Assembly: GCF_006345805.1 (NCBI RefSeq)
Contig: NW_021827138.1
Location: 1-10,969 of the forward strand
Direction of reading: 5' to 3'
DNA: 10,969 bases
DNA from: Octopus sinensis
Taxonomy: Eukaryota
The notes beneath the pieces were generated by a model. The model saw nothing but the letters and a program-made list of their open reading frames with translations. It searched no databases and was not told the origin of the DNA. This document shows positions 1 to 7,557 of the stretch, piece by piece. Made by a program: the position numbers and the translations under genes. How positions within the stretch are numbered: the first letter of the stretch is position 1; each line of letters begins with the position of its first letter.

Positions 1-146
1 TATACATACATACATACATACATACACACATACATAAATACATACATAATACATACATACATACATTAAACACACATACATACATACATACATACATACA
101 TACATAATACATACATACATACATACATACATACATACATACATAC
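1..146. repeat. (TACA)n tetranucleotide microsatellite, slightly interrupted
   Basis: Direct reading: TACA units with a few substitutions up to about 146. Confidence 0.97.
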
Positions 147-306
147 GTCGACAGTACAACCAACAGATCAACTCAACCACAAGATCTCTCTTAACTCGAA
201 AAGTTTTGTCGCTTTGTTAGCAACTGGCTTGAACTTTCTCAAGAAGAACTGAAAGAAAAATCATATATGCATGCATAGTCGAAAGACACCTGTTGTCTTT
301 GTCCTG

Positions 307-329
307 TTATTATTATTATTATTATCATT
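307..329. repeat. (TTA)n tract; 3' flank of the minus-strand element at 330-664
   Basis: ttattattattattattatcatt. Confidence 0.95.
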
Positions 330-664
330 GAGTGAGAGAGCAGTTCATGCCATCAAAGAGACACTGGGGTAAAATATACGAAGCCCAGTATACCCATCAT
401 GACTACCCGTCTGATAAGGGTACACCAGGCACATGCATCACAACCATATGTGCGCGACATGGTGATCGCATATCAAGGTAAACAGCGCATGACCTTGCAG
501 GTGGGGCCCAGTTAGAATTTTCTTCAGGTTGAGTAGCCCATCCCGCTCAAAAGGTCCCTGAATAAGGGTTGTTTAAGGATGTTGAAAGAACCACCCATGT
601 TTCCAGAGGTGAATAATTCAAACCCCAAAGAATCCCTCTCAACACATGGCTATGATGCTCCCCC
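330..664 (-). mobile_element. 335-bp non-coding SINE-like or non-autonomous retroelement inserted in a (TAA)n microsatellite
   Basis: Complex, GC-balanced sequence bounded on both sides by the same microsatellite. The minus strand reads (AAT)n|GGGGGAGCATCATAGCC...CTCTCTCACTC|AATGATAAT. There is no recognisable ORF and no well-spaced A/B boxes. I recall it as a common octopus repeat (memory only). Confidence 0.65.
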
Positions 665-709
665 ATTATTATTATTATTATTATAATTATTATTAGTATT
701 ATTATTATT
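665..709. repeat. (TTA)n tract; 5' flank of the 330-664 element
   Basis: Direct reading. Confidence 0.95.
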
Positions 710-999
710 TTGTATTTATATTCGTAATACTTTTTACTTTTTGTATTTATTTTCGTGTAACATCGTCCGTTTTTCTGTCCTTGTTTCGTATACATTCGAT
801 CCTTTTTCCAAGAAAGCTAATGCTCGTAGCTTAGTTTTTCCTTGGGGCTGGCCAGATCGGAGCAATCTCAAGATTAATTAGCCGAAATTGCGAGGATGAT
901 CCGGTTCTTGACTGAAGATTAGAGGCTTCGAATGATCCGTCCGTTTTCGTATCGTCTATTTGAATGTTTTGCGTTCTTGTCCCATTTTATATATTTTTT
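710..999. mobile_element. Unclassified interspersed-repeat fragment carrying a hammerhead-like motif (possibly from a Penelope-like element terminal repeat)
   Basis: Complex sequence between (TTA)n and (TACA)n that contains the hammerhead-like core at 846-927. Penelope-like element terminal repeats are known to carry hammerheads, so the assignment is inference only. Confidence 0.35.
846..927 (+). ncRNA. Putative rearranged (non-circularly permuted) hammerhead ribozyme
   Basis: GCAA-UC (862-867) then UCAAGA (868-873); AGCC-GAAA-UUGC (880-891); UCUUGA-CUGAAGA (906-918). Stem I (6 bp) and stem III (4 bp plus A15.1-U16.1) are in exact register with the core. Stem II is ambiguous: GGCU 924-927 or GGCUGG 846-851. 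Confidence 0.45.
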
Positions 1000-1035
1000 A
1001 TACATACATACATACATACATACATACATACATAC
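1000..1035. repeat. (TACA)n microsatellite
   Basis: Direct reading. Confidence 0.95.
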
Positions 1036-1277
1036 GTGAATATCTCTTAGAAAATCAATGAGAAAGAGGACAAATACAAACAACTGTTTCAAAATCCTCC
1101 ATTTCTATATCCAAATTATAAATTCGCATTTATACCAATAATAATTGGGACACTTGGTTTTTGCGAGAACATACATACATACATACTATATGCACACATA
1201 CATATACTATGGGGGTAGGAAACTAGTGCTAAACTGGTACCTATTCCATCGACCCGGAAAGGATAAGAGGCAAAAAG

Positions 1278-1443
<166 letters not shown>

Positions 1444-1930
1444 CACCACCATTACTCAAAGCACAACGGCGACTCCCACTCCCATCCTCCATCCCTCCCA
1501 GCACATCCAACATCACAACTGCCGCCACCTCCACCGCTACTGTCACCACCACCATCCTTCACCAATCACCACCACCGCCATCCATCACCACTACCACTGC
1601 CAACACCACCACCACCACCATCACCACTACCGCCTACATCACTACCACCGCCAACATCACTACCACCGCCAACATCACCACTACTGCCAACATCACCACT
1701 GTCACTGCCAACACCACCACCGCCGCACACATCATTACCGCCACCTCCACCACTACTGTCACCACCACCACTATCATAACCATCACCACCGCCATCATCA
1801 CAATCATCACCACTACCACCACCACCACCACCACCACCAACATCGTCACCGCCAAAATCATCACCGCCCCACCACCGCCACCGCCACCACCACCATTACC
1901 ATCATCTTCATCACCAACGCCTTCGCCACC
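1444..1930. repeat. Degenerate (CAC/CAT/TAC)n low-complexity array
   Basis: CA-rich triplets. It includes an adjacent duplicated 18-mer, cactaccaccgccaacat, near 1640-1675. Confidence 0.9.
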
Positions 1931-1971
1931 GATCCCTAGTACTCTCACCACAGATCGTCCCTGAAACTCTC

Positions 1972-2011
1972 CCAGCCAGCCAGCCACCCAACCAGCCAAC
2001 CAGACCAGACC
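1972..2011. repeat. Degenerate (CCAG)n tract
   Basis: ccagccagccagccacccaaccagccaaccagaccagacc. Confidence 0.85.
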
Positions 2012-2144
2012 GCCCCCAAAAAGCTGTCCCTACAGTTGTTTCTATATATTTATATATTTATCTAGTCTCCATTTAACAAGTGGGGTTTATTAGTTCAGTA
2101 ATCAACACCCGTGGCATATTCTCATCCTGTCTGTATCCTTTGTG

Positions 2145-2322
2145 TATACTCTATACAATGTATATACAACACACTCACACGCGCGCACACCACACACACC
2201 ACACACACAAGCACATACACTCAAGCAAGTATAAGTATACACATAAGCACAAGTATACACGCACGCGAACACACACACCACACACAAACTTATATATACA
2301 CCGATATTGCATGTCTGAATAC

Positions 2323-2375
<53 letters not shown>

Positions 2376-2950
2376 TAGAAGATTTAGAGATATAGATATA
2401 TAGATATATATATATAATATATATATGTATATGTTTGTGTTTGTGTGTGTGTGTGTTGTGTGTATGTATAATATATATATATATATTATATTATATATAT
2501 ATAGATATAGAGATAGAGAGGAGAAGAGAGGAGAGATAGAGTTTATATATATATTATTATATAATATATGTGTGGTGTGTGGTGTGTGGTGTGTTTGTAT
2601 GTATATATATGTGTGTTATATATATATATGAGCACAAACACGCACATAGACATGCATAAACAGATATATACGCGTGTGTATGTATGTATATATGTATGTA
2701 TGTATGTATGCATATGAATGTATGCACAAGCACACCACACATATATGTGTTTATGTGTGTGTGTGTCGGTGTGTGTGTATACACACATGTTATTTAAAAC
2801 AGTTTGATACACATGCACACACACATACATATACATATACAAACACACACACATATATATATATACACACGCACATCTATATATATACACACACACGCAC
2901 ACACATATATATACATACATACGCGCGTGCACGCACACACACATATACTC
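2145..2950. repeat. Compound dinucleotide microsatellite field, (CA)/(TA)/(GA)/(TG)
   Basis: Direct reading. It explains the HTHT, YIYI, VCVC and RERE ORFs. Confidence 0.93.
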
Positions 2951-3004
2951 ATTCAAGCTGCCCAGAGCCATTAATGCTTATTGTGTCGATTTAAGGACGG
3001 AGCA

Positions 3005-3241
3005 CCCAGCAACAACAGCAGTAACAACAATAATGCATCGACGTAAGCAAAAACATCATCCCCGCTACCACCTCTACCACCACCATCACAAGCTCCATCA
3101 CAACTATCACTAACACCACCACCACCACTGTTATAACAGTAACAACAACAACAACAACGACAATACCAGCACAATCACACGCATCATCCATACCACCACG
3201 ACCACCACCAGCGAGAACAACAGCAGTAATGTTAACACTAA
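3005..3241. repeat. Degenerate (CAA/CAC/CAG)n array
   Basis: Direct reading. A similar tract resumes at about 3620-3700, on the other side of the SINE. Confidence 0.85.
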
Positions 3242-3618
3242 CAGGAGTGGCTGTGTGGTAAGTAGCTTGCTAACCAACCACATGGTTCCGGGTTCAGTCC
3301 CACTGCGTGGCATCTTGGGCAAGTGTCTTCTGCTATAGCCCCGGGCCGACCAATGCCTTGTGAGTGGATCTGGTAGACGGAAACTGAAAGAAGCCTGTCG
3401 TATATATGTATATATATATGTGTGTGTGTTTGTGTGTCTGTGTTTGTCCCCTTAGCATTGCTTGACAACCGATGCTGGTGTGTTTACGTCCCCGTCACTT
3501 AGCGGTTCGGCAAAAGAGACCGGTAGAATAAGTACTGGGGTTGATTTGCTCGACTAAAGGTGGTGCTCCAGCATGGCCGCAGTCAAATGACTGAAACAAG
3601 TAAAAGAGTAAAAGAGTA
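3242..3618 (+). mobile_element. tRNA-derived SINE with a CORE-like domain, an internal microsatellite and an (AGTAAAAG)-repeat tail
   Basis: A box TGGCTGTGTGG at 3248-3258 and B box GGTTCAGTCCC at 3291-3301. CORE-like tcttgggcaagtgtcttct at about 3313-3331, an internal (TA)/(TG) tract at about 3401-3445, and the tail agtaaaagagtaaaagagta. Confidence 0.85.
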
Positions 3619-3732
3619 TCAATGATATTACTACTGCCAGCCACGCAACAATAACCCCCAACGCCACTAATGCCCCTTGAACAACAACATTACCAAAAGT
3701 ATCATCAAGGGAATTCTCAGTGTTACTCTGAT

Positions 3733-4501
3733 GCCAAGAGTAGCACTGAAAGCTACAGTAGAAAGCTAGGATTTGACCATACTGATAAATGGTGTGAACA
3801 TTAACTTAGTAAAGCACAAGAAAGTAAGAAATATAAGATGTTGTGGGACTTAACCCTTTAGTGTTCGCATTATTCTGCCAAAATTAATGCCTTTTCATCC
3901 ACATTGTTTTGAACTAATCATGCCTTATCTTGTAGCTATGAGATTTTGATGAGGTAGATGTTAATTTTTAAAACGATATTGTAGGGTTGGTCTGAGAGAC
4001 CAGATCTGACCAGTTTGAACATAAAACAGGCAGAATACTTTTGGCCGGATATGGCCGGTTTAAATGCTAAAGGGTTAAACATTTAGACTGACAGTAATAG
4101 AAGCTGATTTAGTAGAGGTAGATAAAGAGAGTAGAAAGTGCCAGATAACTGACTTTACAGTCCCAAATGATGAAAAAAATCAAAATGAGAGGTATGGAAA
4201 AAATAGCAAGGTACCAAGGCCTAGCCATTGAATTATAGGGACTATGGAAAGTGCGGATAAAATGTATCCCAGTAGTTATAGGTGCATTGGGAACGGTCCC
4301 TAAAGATCTGAACAGATGGATAGAGGAAATAGGCATAAAACCCAGTTTAGTATATCTCCAGAAAACAGTGTTATTAGGGACAGCTAGAATACTTAGTAAG
4401 GTTCAAGGTATTCTAGTAAGGTTCAAGGTATCTATGGTCACTTGTTGTTGCTTGATGTTAGAAATTTTTCTTTTCCAAAAGTGTAATCTGTTGCGTGTAT
4501 A

Positions 4502-4503
<2 letters not shown>
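3733..4503 (+). mobile_element. 5'-truncated, decayed R4/Dong-type RLE non-LTR retrotransposon (subfamily A), interrupted by a MITE at 3854-4074
   Basis: Manual translation across the MITE gives ...RKLGFDHTDKWCEH*LSKAQESKKYKMLWD|LNI*TD..VIEADLVEVDKESRKCQITDFTVP..EKIARYQGLAIEL*GLWKVRIKCIPVVIGALGTVPKDL...LQKTVLLGTARILSKV. This is the typical R4-clade RLE C-terminus, with stops and frameshifts. A 3' UTR then runs into (AAT)n at 4504. Confidence 0.85.
3854..4074. mobile_element. 221-bp piggyBac-type MITE
   Basis: TTAA target duplication at 3850-3853 and 4075-4078. Terminal inverted repeats CCCTTTAG (3854-3861) and CTAAAGGG (4067-4074). No ORF. Confidence 0.9.

Positions 4504-4569
<66 letters not shown>
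4504..4569. repeat. Perfect (AAT)22 between two R4/Dong fragments
   Basis: Direct reading. Confidence 0.97.
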
Positions 4570-4575
<6 letters not shown>

Positions 4576-4579
4576 AAAA

Positions 4580-5055
4580 AACGAGAAAGCAACCATACTC
4601 TGGGATATGCCGATACACACAGATAGAGAAATTAAGGCCAACAGACCAGATATAGTTGTCCAGAGATCATGAAGAAAAAAAATGCTTTCTAATTGATGTA
4701 TCAATACCGGCAAATGACAACGTGTCTCTAAAAGAAATGGAGAACTCTCAAAATCACAAGACCTGGAAATAGAGGTAACTAGAATGGTGGATCTGAAAGC
4801 AGAAACAATTCCTATCATAGTAGGTGCATTAGGCATGATAAAAAAATATTCAGACAAATACATAACAAAAACAACCAGGACTTACAAACACATATAACAT
4901 ACAGAAAAATGCACTACTAGGCACTGCACACATCCTACGCAGAACACTTTCCATACAATAACCATCAAGCATCACAACAAATCACAGCACATACCCAAGG
5001 CACACAGAGGCGCTCGGTAGTGAAGTGAAAGCACGCTATAAAAATAAAACTACTG
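4580..5055 (+). mobile_element. 5'-truncated R4/Dong-type element (subfamily B): RLE domain pseudogene plus 3' UTR
   Basis: NEKATILWDMPIHTDREIKANRPDIVV/RDHEEKKCFLIDVSIPANDNVSLKEME/.../IPIIVGALGMIKK.../ALLGTAHILRRTLSIQ* with the stop at 4959-4961. PD (RPD, 4643-4651) and LIDVSIP mark the PD-(D/E)xK nuclease. Several frameshifts are present. The 94-nt 3' UTR ends in actactg|AAT. Confidence 0.9.
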
Positions 5056-5059
5056 AATA

Positions 5060-5100
<41 letters not shown>

Positions 5101-5107
5101 TAATAAT
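5056..5107. repeat. (AAT)n tract shared by the LINE 3' end and a SINE 3' tail
   Basis: Direct reading. Confidence 0.95.
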
Positions 5108-5324
5108 GGCTCCAAATGTTTCCACAGGGGCAGCGATTTGGGGGGAAGGGATGAGTCGATTACATCGATCCCCAGTGTTTCACTGGTACTTAAGTTATTG
5201 ACCCCGCGAAAGGATGAAAGGTAAGGTCAACCTCAGTGGAATTTGAACTCAGAATGTGAAGACGGATGAAATAACGCTAAGCATTTCGCCTGGCGTGCTA
5301 ATGATTCTGCCAGCTCGCTGCCTT
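5108..5324 (-). mobile_element. Full-length tRNA-derived SINE (Meta-like core, tail type 1, (ATT)n tail)
   Basis: The minus strand starts AAGGCAGCGAGCTGGCAGAATC. The B box GAGTTCAAATTCC is at 5238-5250. The core ...CCTTTCATCCTTTCGCGGGGTCAATAACTTAAGTACCAG resembles the MetaSINE central domain as I recall it. It is homologous to the copy at 10131. Confidence 0.88.
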
Positions 5325-5344
5325 AATAATAATAATAATCATAA

Positions 5345-5513
5345 CCCTTTCTACTAAAGGCACAAGGCCTGAAATTTTGTGGGAGGGGGGACAAGTTGAT
5401 TATATCAACACAGTGTTTCACTGGTCCTTAATTTATCAACCCTGAAAGGATGAAAAGTAAAGTCGACCGCGGCGGAATTTGAACTCAGAACGTGAAGACG
5501 GATGAAATAGCAC

Positions 5514-5516
<3 letters not shown>
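5345..5516 (-). mobile_element. SINE of the same family, A-box head lost, variant tail 1b
   Basis: B box and core are present (gaatttgaactcagaacgt; cctgaaaggatgaaaagtaaagtcgac). The minus-strand tail reads ...ggccttgtgcctttagtagaaaggg. The 5' end abuts (AT)n. Confidence 0.85.

Positions 5517-5545
<29 letters not shown>
5517..5545. repeat. (AT)n microsatellite
   Basis: Direct reading. Confidence 0.95.
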
Positions 5546-5551
<6 letters not shown>

Positions 5552-5734
5552 GATTTTTTTGTTAAACACGGTACTATATGTATATGGACATGAATATTCT
5601 CTGTATGTATAGTCACACCAATACATACATATTAATAGACAGACAGGCGATGTGGAAAGCCGATTGTTATACAGACATATCCGAAAAGCGCCGCAGACAA
5701 TTGATGGATGAGAATAAAACAGTTTAATTTAATC

Positions 5735-5945
5735 ACGTAAGAACGCCGTTCACTTCCGGCAGTTGTAAATGGGAGTTAAGAGTGTTGAAAATGAACGGAT
5801 ATCCTGGCTCCAGGTCTCCGCCATCTTTACTTCGAAAGAAACGCCGTTGATAAGTTTGGGCGGGAAAATTTAATCCACCGAACATTTCCGCAGTCGAACG
5901 TTTTTCTCCATAACTTTAGTCTACAGAAATCAACGTTGCCAATGT
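5735..5945. promoter_or_regulatory. Candidate housekeeping or cell-cycle-type promoter island
   Basis: ETS CACTTCCGG at 5751-5759, YY1 CCGCCATCTT at 5818-5827, E2F GGCGGGAAAA at 5859-5868, CCAAT at 5939-5943, and AACGCCGTT twice (5742, 5840). Unique, CpG-containing sequence. Motif evidence only. Confidence 0.45.
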
Positions 5946-6056
5946 TTAATATGAGGGTTAGTTTCGAAGAATTAGTTAGAATGCATGATACGAATTCTAT
6001 GTCTGTTTGGAGGGTTATATTGTTTGTGTTGAGAAGAAAAACTGATGTGACAAGGG

Positions 6057-6077
6057 TTTTTTTTTTTTTTTTTTTTT
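6057..6077. repeat. T21 homopolymer
   Basis: Direct reading. Confidence 0.95.
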
Positions 6078-6179
6078 CAATGAAAAAAAATCTATAGGTT
6101 TTCAATTCAGTTGGGTTCAATTTTTTAAAATATTATTTATAAGCTTATATCTGTGGCTTTTGCTATTAGAGTGTGGATG

Positions 6180-6269
6180 AAAGCAGCGATCTAGCTGAAT
6201 CGGTAGGATCGGACGAAATGCAGTTCTTTACGGTCTGATTTCTAATGCCGCTGAGGCTATCTTTGACTT
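6180..6269 (+). mobile_element. Old, degenerate 5' fragment of the same SINE family
   Basis: aaagcagcgatctagctgaatcg...ctttacggtctgatttctaatgccgctgaggctatctttgactt aligns with the head, B box and core start of the 10131 and 5324 copies. Confidence 0.6.
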
Positions 6270-6276
6270 ACAATCT

Positions 6277-6460
6277 TATTTCTTTATTGCCCACAAGGGG
6301 CTAAACATAGAAGGGGCAAACAAGGACAGACAAACGGATTAAGTCGATTATTTCGACCCCACTGTGTAACTGGTACTTAATTTATTGACCCCGAAAGGAT
6401 GAAAGGCAAAGTCGACCTCGGCGGAATTTGAACTAAGAACGTAGCGGCAGAAGAAATACC
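6277..6460 (-). mobile_element. SINE unit with tail type 2, A-box head absent
   Basis: B box and core ccccgaaaggatgaaaggcaaagtcgacctcggcggaatttgaact. Distinct tail tatttctttattgcccacaaggggctaaac... Confidence 0.88.
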
Positions 6461-6569
6461 TATTTCTTTACTACCCACAAAGGGCTAAACACAGAGGGGA
6501 CAGACAAGGACAGACAAACGGATTAAATCGATTACATCGACCCCAGTGCGTAACTGGTACTTAATTTAT
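6461..6569 (-). mobile_element. Second tandem tail-2 SINE unit (3' half only)
   Basis: Direct repeat of 6277-6385 (tatttctttactacccacaaagggctaaacac...ggtacttaatttat). Confidence 0.88.
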
Positions 6570-6624
6570 TTATGGTGGTGGGGGGAAGTAACGGGTGTTG
6601 ATATAGTGTTTGAGGACTGGTGGA

Positions 6625-7200
6625 AAAATTATGACGGAATGATAGAGGAGTGATGGTGGAGTGATGGTGCTACAACAGAAGAGTGATGGTGAAGTGTTGG
6701 TGGAGTGATAGAGAAGTGACAGAATGGCGGTGTGTTGATGAAATGACAGTAAAGTGATGGTGGAGTGGCAGTGGAATGATAATGGAGTGATAGCTGAGTG
6801 ACAGCGGAATGATGATGGCGTTATAGTTGAGTGACGGTGGAGTGATGGTGGAGTGATGGCGGAGTGATGGAACAACAAATGAATGACAGAGGAATGATGG
6901 CGAAGTGTTGGTGGAGCTACAGAAGAGTAACAGTGGAATGATAGATGAGTAATGGTTGAGTAAGGATTGAGAGAAATGGCGGAGTGTTGGTTGAGTGACA
7001 ATATAGGGCAGTGCTGAGCGTTAGTAATAGTAAAATGAGTGACTGTGGACTCATGGTACAGTGAATGCTGAAGTGAGAGTGGAATGGTGTCGGAGTGATA
7101 ATGTTATGATAGTGGAGTGGAGGTGGAGTGGAGGTGGAGTGGAGGCGGAGATGGAGTGAAGCTGGAGTGACGGTGTGTTGATTATAAAGTGATGGCAGAG
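6625..7200. repeat. Degenerate 11-bp minisatellite, consensus about GAGTGATGGTG
   Basis: Adjacent units at about 6647-6668 and 6830-6870. It produces the HSTITPPS-like minus-strand ORF. Confidence 0.8.
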
Positions 7201-7234
7201 TGAGAATGGAGAGCCGAGGGAGGTTACTAAAGAC

Positions 7235-7295
7235 ATATTATCAAATAGCCGTAACCCATACTTTGGGGGTGAAGCCGGAGCTATTTGATAAGTAT
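7235..7295. other. About 61-nt hairpin in unique sequence
   Basis: Perfect 12-bp inverted repeat TTATCAAATAGC (7238-7249) / GCTATTTGATAA (7280-7291), with additional inner and outer pairing. Confidence 0.6.
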
Positions 7296-7340
7296 CATAT
7301 TTAATATGCTGTCCATTAAGAACGGTCGATTTTGTTTGTA

Positions 7341-7373
7341 GCGGGGGGCGGAGGGCGAGGGCGGAAAGATTGG
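7341..7373. promoter_or_regulatory. GC-box pair plus reverse CCAAT box
   Basis: GGGGCGG at 7345-7351, GGGCGG at 7359-7364, GATTGG at 7368-7373. Motif evidence only. Confidence 0.25.
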
Positions 7374-7378
7374 CATTG

Positions 7379-7430
7379 AGGAGAGAGAGAGAAGGTTAGA
7401 AAGAATAAGTGAGAGAGAGAGAGAGAGAAA

Positions 7431-7475
<45 letters not shown>

Positions 7476-7503
7476 GGGGAGACAGAAAGAGAGAAAGAGA
7501 GAG
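7379..7503. repeat. (GA)n/(GAAA)n polypurine tract
   Basis: Direct reading. Confidence 0.93.
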
Positions 7504-7557
7504 TAATCAAGTATTAATAATTCTGATCTGCAAGTTATTGGTTTTCGTTACGAAAAC

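Noticed and set aside
266-277. 12-bp palindrome TATGCATGCATA
   Set aside because: It is short and low-complexity, and expected by chance near TA/CA repeats.
610-664. tRNA-like A/B boxes or an HDV-like ribozyme at the 5' end of the 335-bp element
   Set aside because: TAGCC and GGTTTGAAT are too close together for a tRNA head, and I found no P1 partner for GGGGGAG or an HDV-type L3.
906-960. Conventional type I or III hammerhead using the downstream CGAAU (929-933)
   Set aside because: A15.1 is U, and stem III and stem I partners are missing in that order. Only the rearranged model using GAAA 884-887 fits.
4251-4508. 85-aa ORF as a standalone gene
   Set aside because: It is the C-terminal piece of the decayed R4/Dong ORF; there are upstream in-frame stops and frameshifts.
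5791-5850. Plus-strand mini-ORF MNGYPGSRSPPSLLRKKRR*
   Set aside because: It is only 19 codons with no splice support; the basic tail is a by-product of the motif-rich island.
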